33,401 nucleotides of DNA from the NCBI GenBank assembly GCA_046296715.1, contig JBKBIN010000014.1:1-33401 (forward strand). Reading direction: 5' to 3'. The DNA comes from Candidatus Ratteibacteria bacterium. GTDB lineage: Bacteria; Ratteibacteria; UBA8468; B48-G9; JAFGKM01. The notes under the pieces are model-generated. The model had not been told where the DNA came from, did not search any database, and was given only the letters and a program-made list of their open reading frames with translations. The position numbers were made by a program, and so were the translations under genes. Positions 9,269 through 18,851 of the stretch are shown here, in pieces; the first letter of the stretch is position 1; each line of letters opens with the position of its first letter.

Positions 9269-10186
9269 ATGTCAAAGCCAAAAATAGTGTTGAGTAGATG
9301 TTTTTTAGAGCCAGTGAGGTATAATGGACAAGTTGTCAATGATGATTTTGTAAATAAACTTAAAAATTTTGTTGATATTTTAGATTTTTGTCCTGAAGTT
9401 GGAATAGGGCTCGGAATACCACGAGATTATTTAATTATAGTAAAAGATAAGAATAGCAAAAAACTCCTCCAACCAAAAACAGGTCTTGATTTTACTGATA
9501 GAATGTTAGAATATGTAAAAAGAACTGTCAATTCATTATCTGATATTGATGGTGCTATCTTAAAAGCAAAATCTCCATCCTGTGGTGTATCTTCAAGTAT
9601 AATTTATGAAAAGAATTTAGTTATTGGAAAAGGTAATGGTTTTTTTGCAGAAGAATTGAAAAATAAGTTTCCTTATTTACCAATAGAAGATGAAGGAAGA
9701 TTGAGAAATCTTGAAATAAGACACCATTTTTTAACAAAAATTTTTGCATTTTCAGAATTAAGACAACTTATATCTAATCCAGAGCCAAAAAAATTAGTTC
9801 AATTTCATACCAATTATAAATTTTTACTTCTTACATATAATCAAAAGATTATGCGAGAACTTGGTAAAATTGTTGCTGACGGTAATATTAAATTTGAAGA
9901 AAAGATAGTAATGTATAGAGATAAATTTTACAGTGCCTTTGAAAAAAGACCTTCAATAAAAAGACATGTGAACACACTTAATCATCTTTATGGTTTTTTT
10001 TCAAGAAGATTGACAGAAAAAGAAAAAAGACATTTACTAAATTTAATAAAAAAGTTTGAAAGAGGAAGATTGTCATTAAAAGTTATAAAAGAATTACTAA
10101 AAAGTTTGGCATATCGTTTTGAAAATGATTATATTCTTTTTCAAAAATACATTGAACCTTATCCTGAAGATTTAGAAGATGCATAA
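9269..10186 (+). CDS. DUF523 (TudS-like) + DUF1722 (YbgA) fusion; RudS-like thiouridine desulfidase candidate
   Basis: SRC, VRYNG, CPEVGIGLGIPR, KSPSCG and EDEGRL in the N-domain; LVQFHTNYK, HVNTLNHLYGFF, QKYIEPYP in the C-domain. Confidence 0.85.
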   Translation: MSKPKIVLSRCFLEPVRYNGQVVNDDFVNKLKNFVDILDFCPEVGIGLGIPRDYLIIVKDKNSKKLLQPKTGLDFTDRMLEYVKRTVNSLSDIDGAILKAKSPSCGVSSSIIYEKNLVIGKGNGFFAEELKNKFPYLPIEDEGRLRNLEIRHHFLTKIFAFSELRQLISNPEPKKLVQFHTNYKFLLLTYNQKIMRELGKIVADGNIKFEEKIVMYRDKFYSAFEKRPSIKRHVNTLNHLYGFFSRRLTEKEKRHLLNLIKKFERGRLSLKVIKELLKSLAYRFENDYILFQKYIEPYPEDLEDA

Positions 10187-10574
10187 AAGAAGTATTTACT
10201 GGTTTAAAAGGGACCTCAGAATTGAAGATAATAGACCTTTTATAGAAGCATGTAAGAAATCTAAAGAAATAATTCCAATATTCATATTCATTCCTGAATT
10301 ACTTCAGAGATTTAAAAGTTATGATAGTAGAACAGGTTTTATAATTGAATCTATCACATATCTTACTGAACAACTAAAAAAGTTAAACAGCAATATTTTT
10401 TGTTATTATGATAGCCCAGAAAATGTATTTAATAGATTAATTAATAAGTATGGTCCCCAAGCTATATATACAAACCGAGCATTTTCTTGGATAGGTGAAG
10501 AGATAGAAAAAAAAGTATTTCAGTTATGTAAAAGCAAGGGTATTAAATTTTATTCAATAACTGATTTCTCATAA
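10179..10574 (+). pseudogene. phr: Truncated DNA photolyase (N-terminal domain only)
   Basis: IYWFKRDLRIEDN start and IPIFIF..FIIES pattern; stops at 131 aa with only 136 bp left before the tRNA, so the FAD-binding domain is absent. Confidence 0.85.
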
Positions 10575-10710
10575 GTTACCATATTATAAACCCATAGTAG
10601 ATCACTACGAACAATCTTTAATAAAAAGAAGATTTTAAATAGTACCTCTCAAACCCTTTGTCTCTCTTCAATCTCCACCTTTCACCTCGTAGGTGTAATT
10701 GGTGGGGAAG

Positions 10711-10782
10711 CTCCGGTGGTAGGATTCGAACCTACAACCTTGCGGTTAACAGCCGCCTGCTCTACCGTTGAGCTACACCGGA
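10711..10782 (-). tRNA. tRNA-Asn (GTT)
   Basis: Reverse complement folds as TCCGGTG/CACCGGA acceptor, anticodon loop CTGTTAA, T arm GTAGG TTCGAAT CCTAC, discriminator G; CCA not encoded. Confidence 0.97.
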
Positions 10783-10790
10783 AACATAAT

Positions 10791-10820
10791 ATTATACCAC
10801 TTTTTTTATATATTATACAA
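10791..10820 (-). promoter_or_regulatory. Promoter for tRNA-Asn
   Basis: Extended -10 TGGTATAAT (TATAAT at 10791-10796) and TTGTAT (10815-10820), 18-nt spacer. Confidence 0.6.
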
Positions 10821-12246
10821 GATTTAGGTACTCTTTTGGAAATATATTGTTAAGTCCAAGTATACAGTAAGGATCAAATATTTTTTTTATTTTTACCATA
10901 TCAAGTATTCCTTCTTTTCCATACATTATTTCAAGATACTTATGTTTTAACTTCCCAATTCCATGTTCAGCAAATCCTGTTCCACCAAGAGATATAGCTT
11001 TTTTAACCGACTCTTCATAAATTTTGTATGCTTTTTCTTTCTGTTTTTCGTCTTGTGGGAATAAATTAAAATGTAAATGATTCTCTCCAATATGTCCAAA
11101 AAGTATTGTGTGAATATCAGAATTTTCTTGCATTATTTTTCTATAAAATCTGTAAAATTCTTCAAATTTATCCTCTGGAACAGCTGCATCAACAGCAATT
11201 TTTGTACTTTTTATCTTTTTGAAATAAGAATTAATGTTTTCTGGAAGTTTATGTCTGAAATCTATCAATTTTTCATAATTTTTTGGGTCTTGTCCTATCA
11301 CTGTATCAATAGCATTTGCCTTTTCAGCAATTTCTATCCATTTTTCCATCTTATCTGTTTCATCTATTGCCTCAACATATATAGCACAGGTATCTTCAGG
11401 AATAAAAGCAAAATCCTCTTTTAAAAATAGGAGTGATTTTTTATCAAAAAATTCAAGAGAAAAAATTTCAAATTGGTCTTTTTTTTCTTTTATATCTTTT
11501 ATAATATCTGGAATTTCTTCTTCGTCTTTAATAAATATAATTATAATGAACCTTGGAGGCAATTGTTCAATTAAAGAAACATCTACTTGGCTAATTATCC
11601 CAAGAGTCCCTTCAGAACCAATAATCAAGTCAATACCATCCATACCCTCTTTTGAATAATAACCAGCTGAACATTTAATATCAGGAGTTCTATAAGAAGG
11701 TAAGGGCACTTTAAAAAGTCCATAGTCAATAAATCCATTCCTTTCAAAAATTTCTCCCCTTTTTATTTCTAAAATATCGCCAGTTGTAAGAATCATTTTT
11801 ATTCTTTTTACATATCTCCTTGTTGGTCCAAATTTAAAACTATATTCACCTGAAGCATTTGTTGAAACATTCCCACCAATAAAAGCAGTTCTCTCTGTTG
11901 GAAATGGAGGATAAAAAAGTCCAAATTTTTCAATCTCTTTTAAAAAGTCATTTACAATAACTCCAGATTGCAAAGTTGCCTGTTTTTTTTCTTTTTCAAT
12001 TTTTATTATTTTGTTAAGATTTTCTGTTGAAATTATATAACCAGAATCAGGTATTCTTCCAGCAACAGTACCTGTTCCACCTCCTGAAATTGTTAAAGGG
12101 ATTTTTTCTTTTCTACATATTTCAATAACTTCAAAAATTTCATCTTCTGTCTCTGGTATAAAAACTTTATCTGCTTTACCATTTTTAAAATTTGATGAAT
12201 CTTCAAGATAAGAAAGAATTTCATCAGGGTTTTCTTTGATCTTCAT
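10813..12246 (-). CDS. FAD-binding oxidoreductase (GlcD / D-2-hydroxy-acid dehydrogenase family)
   Basis: SGGGTG, IGGNVSTNASG, GSEGTLGII, GHIGENHLH, AEHGIGKLK, FDP..IL motifs. Confidence 0.88.
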   Translation of the reverse strand: MKIKENPDEILSYLEDSSNFKNGKADKVFIPETEDEIFEVIEICRKEKIPLTISGGGTGTVAGRIPDSGYIISTENLNKIIKIEKEKKQATLQSGVIVNDFLKEIEKFGLFYPPFPTERTAFIGGNVSTNASGEYSFKFGPTRRYVKRIKMILTTGDILEIKRGEIFERNGFIDYGLFKVPLPSYRTPDIKCSAGYYSKEGMDGIDLIIGSEGTLGIISQVDVSLIEQLPPRFIIIIFIKDEEEIPDIIKDIKEKKDQFEIFSLEFFDKKSLLFLKEDFAFIPEDTCAIYVEAIDETDKMEKWIEIAEKANAIDTVIGQDPKNYEKLIDFRHKLPENINSYFKKIKSTKIAVDAAVPEDKFEEFYRFYRKIMQENSDIHTILFGHIGENHLHFNLFPQDEKQKEKAYKIYEESVKKAISLGGTGFAEHGIGKLKHKYLEIMYGKEGILDMVKIKKIFDPYCILGLNNIFPKEYLNLV

Positions 12247-13013
12247 TTTACTCCAATCAGTTTTATATTATTCTTCTTACACTCTTGTATAACTTTTTCT
12301 TTTTCAAGGATTATTGTTTTTCCTGCTTTAACTGCAATAACTCTGCCAAAATTTTTTTTAATATTTTCAACCGTTTCAATTCCTATTGTTGGTAAATCAA
12401 ATCTTAAATCTTTATCATCACTACAACCTTTTACAAAAACAAAATCTTTAACATAATTGCTCACTCTTTTTATCAACTCATCAGTTCCTTCAATCCCTTC
12501 TACTCCAATAACCATACCATTTTTTACTATTATTGACTGCCCTATTTGATATTTCAAAATATCATTTAACACAGAAAAACCATAATTTACATCTTCTTTC
12601 TCTTTTTCAGTAAGTGGGAAGGTATAAACTTTTTCTTCGCTAATTTCATCTTTAAAAACTTCTGTCTGAGGAAGTACATTTAATCCAATTGATTCTAAAA
12701 AATCAGTAATTTTTTTCATAATTTCTTCTGGTTTTAATCTTCCTATCTGAGAGAGAAAATTTTTTGCTGTTAGATGTAAATTCTCAAAAATGAAACTCCC
12801 TTTAACCTTCCCTGCAAAAAAGACAAATTCTATTTTATTTTTTTTTATAAAATCAAAAAATGAATTAAAGTTGGCATCTTTAATAACATATGAATTAAAT
12901 TTTTTTGATTCTGAAAATGAAAAAGGGAAAAGATTATATTTTTCATTTAATTTTGAAAATGAATACTCAGAAAAAAAATCATCGCTTATAAAGATTGCAA
13001 GATTTTTTTTCAT
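12243..13013 (-). CDS. lpxI: UDP-2,3-diacylglucosamine diphosphatase LpxI (divergent)
   Basis: FAGKV, IGQSIIV, VEGIEGTD, DLRFDLPTIG; directly follows lpxA. Confidence 0.88.
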   Translation of the reverse strand: MKKNLAIFISDDFFSEYSFSKLNEKYNLFPFSFSESKKFNSYVIKDANFNSFFDFIKKNKIEFVFFAGKVKGSFIFENLHLTAKNFLSQIGRLKPEEIMKKITDFLESIGLNVLPQTEVFKDEISEEKVYTFPLTEKEKEDVNYGFSVLNDILKYQIGQSIIVKNGMVIGVEGIEGTDELIKRVSNYVKDFVFVKGCSDDKDLRFDLPTIGIETVENIKKNFGRVIAVKAGKTIILEKEKVIQECKKNNIKLIGVK

Positions 13014-13792
13014 CTATTTCTTTCTCTTGCTATCCCTCTTTCTGATGATTTTATAAATTCAATTATATCCTGTATTTCTTGACAACTATTCATCTGTTCA
13101 AGTTTTCTCAATGCTTCGGAAGTATTTAAACCAGACCTGAAAATAATCTTATAGGCATTCTCTAAAATCTCTATTTTTTCTTTTGGAAAATTCCTCCTTT
13201 TCAATCCTATAACATTTATTCCATAAGGTCTTGCAGGATGTCCATCTGCTACAACATAAGGTAGTATATCCATTGTAACTTTTGAAGTACCACCAATTAT
13301 TGAATGTTTTCCAATTTTACAGAATTGGTGCACTCCAGATAATCCTCCTATAATGGCATAATCTTCAACTACTACATGACCAGCCAAACCAGCATAGTTT
13401 GCTATTATTACATTATTTTGGATTACACAATTATGAGCAATATGACAGTAAGCCATTATTAAATTATTATCTCCTATTTTAGTTTCTTCTCCTTTTGAAG
13501 TTCCTGGATTTATAGTTACAAATTCTCTAATTATGTTGTTTTTGCCAATTTTTAAATATGTAATTTCGCCTTTATATTTGAGATCCTGGGGGATACTTCC
13601 TATTACTGCTCCAGTAAAAATTTTTGTATTTTCTCCTATTTCTGTATAACCTTGGATATGGACAAATGGACCTATTTTACAATTATTACCAATCTTAACA
13701 TTCCCTTCAATAATTGCATATGGACCTATTTCAACATCTTCACCAATTTCAACTTCTTTTGTTATAATTGCTGTTGGGTGGATCTTTTTCAT
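13010..13792 (-). CDS. lpxA: UDP-N-acetylglucosamine acyltransferase
   Basis: IHPTAI, PQDLKY, IREFVTI, MAYCHIAHNC, VHQF, GINVIGLKRR. Start placed at ATG 13792, just after the lpxC/fabZ stop. Confidence 0.96.
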   Translation of the reverse strand: MKKIHPTAIITKEVEIGEDVEIGPYAIIEGNVKIGNNCKIGPFVHIQGYTEIGENTKIFTGAVIGSIPQDLKYKGEITYLKIGKNNIIREFVTINPGTSKGEETKIGDNNLIMAYCHIAHNCVIQNNVIIANYAGLAGHVVVEDYAIIGGLSGVHQFCKIGKHSIIGGTSKVTMDILPYVVADGHPARPYGINVIGLKRRNFPKEKIEILENAYKIIFRSGLNTSEALRKLEQMNSCQEIQDIIEFIKSSERGIARERNR

Positions 13793-13793
13793 T

Positions 13794-15116
13794 TTATGGC
13801 TCAACAACAGTAAACATTAAAAGTGCTTCTGCTGCAAGTTTACCATCTACATAGGATTTGCCCTGGATTTGACCAACTTTACTCTTAAGTTTAACAACTT
13901 CAACTTCAATTAATAGCTGATCTCCAGGTCTTACTGTTCTCCTAAATTTTACCCTGTCAACACTCATAAAATAGGCAAGTTTACCTTTATTTTCTTCTTT
14001 ACTTAACATTAAAACTCCACCAACCTGTGCCATTGCTTCAATTATTAAAACTCCAGGCATAACTGGTTTACCTGGGAAGTGTCCTTCAAAAAACCATTCA
14101 TTTATAGTAACATTTTTTATTCCAATTGCTTTATTTTCATTAATCTCAATTATTTTGTCAATAAGTAAGAAAGGATATCTATGAGGAATTATTTTTTCTA
14201 TATCCTCAATTTCAAGTTGATTTTGCGAAATAGAAGTATAAATAGGAGAACCAACTCCACTGATTTTTTCTCTTTTTATAATTTCTTTTATCTTTCTTAT
14301 CAATTTTGTATTTATTGAATGCCCACTCTTAATTCCAATGATATGACCAACAAAATATTTCCCAAGCAAAGCAATGTCGCCAATTAAATCTAAAATTTTA
14401 TGTCTTACAGGTTCATCGTAAAATCTGAATTCATTATTTATAACTTTATCTTTATCAATTATAAGAGTATTTTGGTATGTTGAACCCTTGCCAAGCCCCA
14501 TATTTCTCAATATATCTATTTCTTCTTTTAAACAAAAAGTTCTTGCTGGAGATATTTCTTTTTCATAAATTTCAGGAGTAATAACAAAAGAAGCAAATTG
14601 AGAATTTATAAGTGTATTAGGATAATCAAGTGTATATGAAATTTTGAATTCTTTACTTGGTAGAGCAATTATATGAGAACTATTTTCTGAAATATAAATT
14701 GGTTCTTTTAAATAAAATATATCTTTTTCTTCTGGAAATTCTTTGATATTTGCTTTTTTTATAGATTCAACAAATTCCAAAGAACTTCCATCAAGACCAG
14801 GACATTCACTACCATAAATTTCAACAAAAACATTGTCTATTTCCATAGCATATAAAGCAGAAAGTAAGTGTTCTATTGTATGAATTTGAGTTTTTTCATT
14901 ACCAATAGATGTCCTTCTTGGGAATTTATTAGTATCAAGGAGATTTTCTACATCAACTTTTATTGGATCTTCTTTTTCTACATCTTTTCTTATAAATATA
15001 ATACCTGTGTTTGGTGGAGCAGGTTTTAAAATAATCTTAGTTTTCTCCCCTGTATGAAGTCCAATCCCTTCAATAACTACCTCTTTCTCAACTGTTTTCT
15101 GTAATTTTTTGTCCAT
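13794..15116 (-). CDS. lpxC/fabZ: Bifunctional LpxC deacetylase / FabZ dehydratase
   Basis: [30 protein letters not shown] (LpxC); [30 protein letters not shown] (FabZ). Confidence 0.96.
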   Translation of the reverse strand: MDKKLQKTVEKEVVIEGIGLHTGEKTKIILKPAPPNTGIIFIRKDVEKEDPIKVDVENLLDTNKFPRRTSIGNEKTQIHTIEHLLSALYAMEIDNVFVEIYGSECPGLDGSSLEFVESIKKANIKEFPEEKDIFYLKEPIYISENSSHIIALPSKEFKISYTLDYPNTLINSQFASFVITPEIYEKEISPARTFCLKEEIDILRNMGLGKGSTYQNTLIIDKDKVINNEFRFYDEPVRHKILDLIGDIALLGKYFVGHIIGIKSGHSINTKLIRKIKEIIKREKISGVGSPIYTSISQNQLEIEDIEKIIPHRYPFLLIDKIIEINENKAIGIKNVTINEWFFEGHFPGKPVMPGVLIIEAMAQVGGVLMLSKEENKGKLAYFMSVDRVKFRRTVRPGDQLLIEVEVVKLKSKVGQIQGKSYVDGKLAAEALLMFTVVEP

Positions 15117-16143
15117 CTTTCTTTTCTAATTTTTCAATTTTTTCTTCAAGTTGTTTTATTTTTTCAATTAACTCTGGAAGTTTTCTTATATATGCTTGAA
15201 ATCTCATATCCTCCCATTTTTCTCTTGCTGGAAAACCTGTAACATGAGTATTTGGGGGAACATTTTTAGTAACTCCTGCTTTCCCACCTATTATAGAATT
15301 ATCTCCAACTGTTATATGACCTATTATTCCTGCTTGTCCTGCAATTATTACATTCTTTCCTATTACTGTGCTACCAGAAATACCAACCTGAGCGACAATA
15401 ATTGAATTATCTCCTATATAGACATTATGAGCAATCTGAACAAGATTATCAATTTTTACTCCATTCCCTATGTATGTCTTATCAAATCTTGCTCTATCAA
15501 TTGTAACATTTGAACCAATTTCTACATCATCACCAATTTCAACAGTCCCTATCTGTGGAATTTTATGGTGAACTCCTTTAACAGTAGCAAAACCAAAACC
15601 ATCTCCTCCTATAACTGTCCCCGGATGAATGATAACCCTATTTCCTATTTTAATTCTCTCTCTTATAACAACTTTGGGATAGATTAAACATTCATTCCCA
15701 ATTTCTGTATAATGTCCTATATAAACACCAGCACCAATTACAGTTTTATCACCAATTTTTACATAATCTTCTATTACAGCATAAGGTTGAATTGAAACAT
15801 CTTTACCAAGTGAAACATTCTTTCCTATTATTGCAGTTGGATGTATACCAGGAGAAAAAACAATTGGTTCAGGACCTACAAAGGACATAATTTTCGCAAA
15901 AGCAATTGATGGATTTTCTACTTGAATTAAAGTTGTGTTTACAGAATTGGTTATATCAGGACCAACTATTACAGCGGATGCTTTTGTTGTGTAAAGTAAA
16001 TTTTTATATTTTTTATTTGCTATAAAAGTCAGATCTCCTGGTTTTGCTTCTTTAATTCCAGAAACACCTGTAATAACAATATTCTCATCTCCTATAACTT
16101 TTCCATCAATTAATTTTGCAACTTCTTTAACTTTCATATTCAT
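15088..16143 (-). CDS. lpxD: UDP-3-O-acylglucosamine N-acyltransferase
   Basis: Hexapeptide repeats, [26 protein letters not shown]. Confidence 0.96.
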   Translation of the reverse strand: MNMKVKEVAKLIDGKVIGDENIVITGVSGIKEAKPGDLTFIANKKYKNLLYTTKASAVIVGPDITNSVNTTLIQVENPSIAFAKIMSFVGPEPIVFSPGIHPTAIIGKNVSLGKDVSIQPYAVIEDYVKIGDKTVIGAGVYIGHYTEIGNECLIYPKVVIRERIKIGNRVIIHPGTVIGGDGFGFATVKGVHHKIPQIGTVEIGDDVEIGSNVTIDRARFDKTYIGNGVKIDNLVQIAHNVYIGDNSIIVAQVGISGSTVIGKNVIIAGQAGIIGHITVGDNSIIGGKAGVTKNVPPNTHVTGFPAREKWEDMRFQAYIRKLPELIEKIKQLEEKIEKLEKKDGQKITENS

Positions 16144-16631
16144 TTTTTGTTTAGGATTTTAATAATTTCATCTGTTAAATCTACTGCATTTTCTCCATAA
16201 AGTATCATTCTTGAATCAACTACTATAGAATAACCATTCTTCTTTGCATATTCACTTATCGCTTTTTTAATGTTTTCAAAAATCTGACTTTCAAGAGTTT
16301 TCCCTTTCTCATCTAATCTCTGTTTTGTCTCTAAATATATTTTTGATAATTCTTGTATTTTGTCCTTTATTTCTTTTTCCTTCTTTGCTTGTTCTTCTGG
16401 CTTCATCATATTTTTCTTTTTTTCATAATCTTCTTGCATTTTTCTAATATCTCCTTCTAATTTATCCAAATCTTTCTGAGCATCATCAACTTCCTTTTTG
16501 AAATTTGCCTCTGTCTTCTTTGCTTCCTCATAATTATCAAAAACTTTTTTAATATCAATATATCCAATCTTACCACTTTGCGCCAATAAACCAACACACA
16601 TAAAACCTAAAAAAACTAAAATCTTTTTCAC
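16140..16631 (-). CDS. skp: Periplasmic chaperone Skp/OmpH
   Basis: Signal peptide, KIGYID, long coiled coil, GYSIVVD..DLTDEII; GTG start with aggagg; lies between bamA and lpxD. Confidence 0.92.
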   Translation of the reverse strand: MKKILVFLGFMCVGLLAQSGKIGYIDIKKVFDNYEEAKKTEANFKKEVDDAQKDLDKLEGDIRKMQEDYEKKKNMMKPEEQAKKEKEIKDKIQELSKIYLETKQRLDEKGKTLESQIFENIKKAISEYAKKNGYSIVVDSRMILYGENAVDLTDEIIKILNKK

Positions 16632-16652
16632 TTTATTTTCCTCCTTTCTTTT

Positions 16653-18851
16653 TTAAAATCCAAAACTCATCCCAATATGTATTCTACTTTTTCCTTCTCC
16701 AGGTTCAGCATCAAGAGCATATCCATAATAAATTTCTAAAGGTGCACCCAAATAAGGGATATTTACTCTTATTCCTGCACCTATCCCTTTTTTCAAATTA
16801 TTAAACTTCCAATCTTCCCAAACATTACCAATATCAAAAAACCCAATACCATATAAAATATCTTTATATAAAGGATACATTATTTCAAAATTTTGTGCAA
16901 ATATAAACTTCCCTCCAAGACAATATTCGTTTTCTTTTGGTCCTAAACTTCTCTCTTTATAACCTCTAACTGTTCCAATTCCACCTCCAAAAAATCTTTC
17001 ATAAACTGGAATTTCATTAAGATCTTTATTTATATAACCAAAAAGTGTTCTACTATGAAAAATGAAATTTTTAAATGGATAATAAAAATTGTTTTCAATT
17101 GTTGGTTTTATAAAGTCAAGATCTCCTCCAAGACCAGCATATTCTACAGAAAATCTTAAACTATCTCCTTTCGTAGGATACAACTCACTATCAAGATTGG
17201 AATAAGTTAAATATGTTATAATACTGTTTTTCCTTCTTTTTCCTTCCTGATCTTTAAGAGAAGGAATTTCTACATTAGAAAGTATAACATTTTCACTCAT
17301 TAATTTAAAACCGAGGTTAAAATTTTCCCATTTTCTTCCTATCCGTAAGTCAAAACCAGTAGAAGTTGTATCCCAATCGTACCAATTTCTTTCCAATCTG
17401 TATATATCAGGTCCTAAATATATAGGTCTATCTAAAAAATATGGTTCTGTAAAACTGAATCTATAATTTTTTGCAATTGTACCAATTTCAAATGATAAAG
17501 AAATATTTTGTCCACCACCTGTAAATCTTGGAGGATTTGTAATATCAAAATTGGTTTGTTGAACACCCACAATCCCAACAAATTTCTCACTACTACTATA
17601 CCCTCCACCTATTAAAAAATAGCCAGTTCTTTCTCTTTCTTTAACATCAACAACAATATTGGCTTTTCCTTCATCTAAAAACTCTGGATATATGGAAATA
17701 TTTTCAAAGTAATTGGTATCTCTTAAATTATTAAAACTCTTTCTAATTCTATCTTCTGTTATTTTATCTCCTGGCTCAAGTTTAATTTCTCTCCTTATAA
17801 CTTTATCTTTTGTAATTCGGTTTCCTTTTATTTTAACTTCTTCTGTATAATAAATATTTCCTGGATCAATTAAATATGTTATATTTATTGAATCCTCCTT
17901 AATTTCAGGAATAAAATCAATATTACATTTTATATATCCATTATCTGCGTAAAGTTTGTAAATATTTCTGATTGTCTCTTGGTTTTTTTTAACATTAAAA
18001 AATTCACCCTTTTTAAGCAAAATCTGTTTTTTTAAAATTTCATGGTCAAAGATTAAGTCACCAGCAAAATCAATTTCTCCTGTAAAATATCTTTTACCCT
18101 CATCTATCAATACATTTATAATAATTCCTTTTTCACTGTATTTAACTTCTTTATCTACCTTTGCTTCAATAAATCCGTTTTCATTATAAAAATCCTTAAT
18201 CTTTCTTATATCCTCATTCAAAACATCTTCTTTATATATTCCTCTTCTAAACGGCATCTTCCTCTCTTTTATTCTCATTAAACCTTTTAAACTTTTATCA
18301 GTAAATGTTCTATTTCCCTCAAATAAAATTTCACTTACATATCCTTTACCAATTTCTTTAATCTTTATTTCCAATATACAATTTTCTTCTCCTCTAATTA
18401 TATAATCAACTTCACACCTATAATATCTCAATTTATAATAGTTTTCTTTTATTTTTTCAATTCCTTCAATAAGTTTTTCTTCATTAAGAATTTCTCCTTC
18501 CTTCAAGGTAAAAATATTTCTCAATTTTTTTGTTCTTATTGCTTTATTCCCCTCAAAAATAATTTTTTCAATAATTGGATTTTCTTTAACATGAATAATT
18601 AATTCTACACCATTTTCGGTTTTCTCTATTTTATATCCTACATCCTTAAAATATCCTGTTTTGAAAAGATTAGCAATATCATTTTTTAAAACATTTTCGT
18701 CAAACTCTGTCCCTTCTTTCGTTTTAATAATAGTAAGTATTCTATCTACAGAAACATTCTTATTGCCTGTGATAGAAACTTTTAAAATAGGAGTTGAAAA
18801 AATATAAAGATTAAGGATTAGAAATGCTAACAGGATTTTTTCTTTTTTCAA
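16653..18851 (-). CDS. bamA: Outer membrane protein assembly factor BamA
   Basis: Five POTRA-like repeats, GGGQ, FTEPY, VRGY, C-terminal Phe. Start moved to the in-frame TTG at 18851, preceded by ggaaggag and giving a short signal peptide (ORF track start 18914). Confidence 0.94.
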   Translation of the reverse strand: MKKEKILLAFLILNLYIFSTPILKVSITGNKNVSVDRILTIIKTKEGTEFDENVLKNDIANLFKTGYFKDVGYKIEKTENGVELIIHVKENPIIEKIIFEGNKAIRTKKLRNIFTLKEGEILNEEKLIEGIEKIKENYYKLRYYRCEVDYIIRGEENCILEIKIKEIGKGYVSEILFEGNRTFTDKSLKGLMRIKERKMPFRRGIYKEDVLNEDIRKIKDFYNENGFIEAKVDKEVKYSEKGIIINVLIDEGKRYFTGEIDFAGDLIFDHEILKKQILLKKGEFFNVKKNQETIRNIYKLYADNGYIKCNIDFIPEIKEDSINITYLIDPGNIYYTEEVKIKGNRITKDKVIRREIKLEPGDKITEDRIRKSFNNLRDTNYFENISIYPEFLDEGKANIVVDVKERERTGYFLIGGGYSSSEKFVGIVGVQQTNFDITNPPRFTGGGQNISLSFEIGTIAKNYRFSFTEPYFLDRPIYLGPDIYRLERNWYDWDTTSTGFDLRIGRKWENFNLGFKLMSENVILSNVEIPSLKDQEGKRRKNSIITYLTYSNLDSELYPTKGDSLRFSVEYAGLGGDLDFIKPTIENNFYYPFKNFIFHSRTLFGYINKDLNEIPVYERFFGGGIGTVRGYKERSLGPKENEYCLGGKFIFAQNFEIMYPLYKDILYGIGFFDIGNVWEDWKFNNLKKGIGAGIRVNIPYLGAPLEIYYGYALDAEPGEGKSRIHIGMSFGF

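Noticed and set aside
10563..10640. Frameshifted continuation of the photolyase
   Set aside because: The alternative frame (ISHKLPYYKPIVDHYEQ...) lacks the expected VFTPF-type motif and there is no room for the FAD domain.
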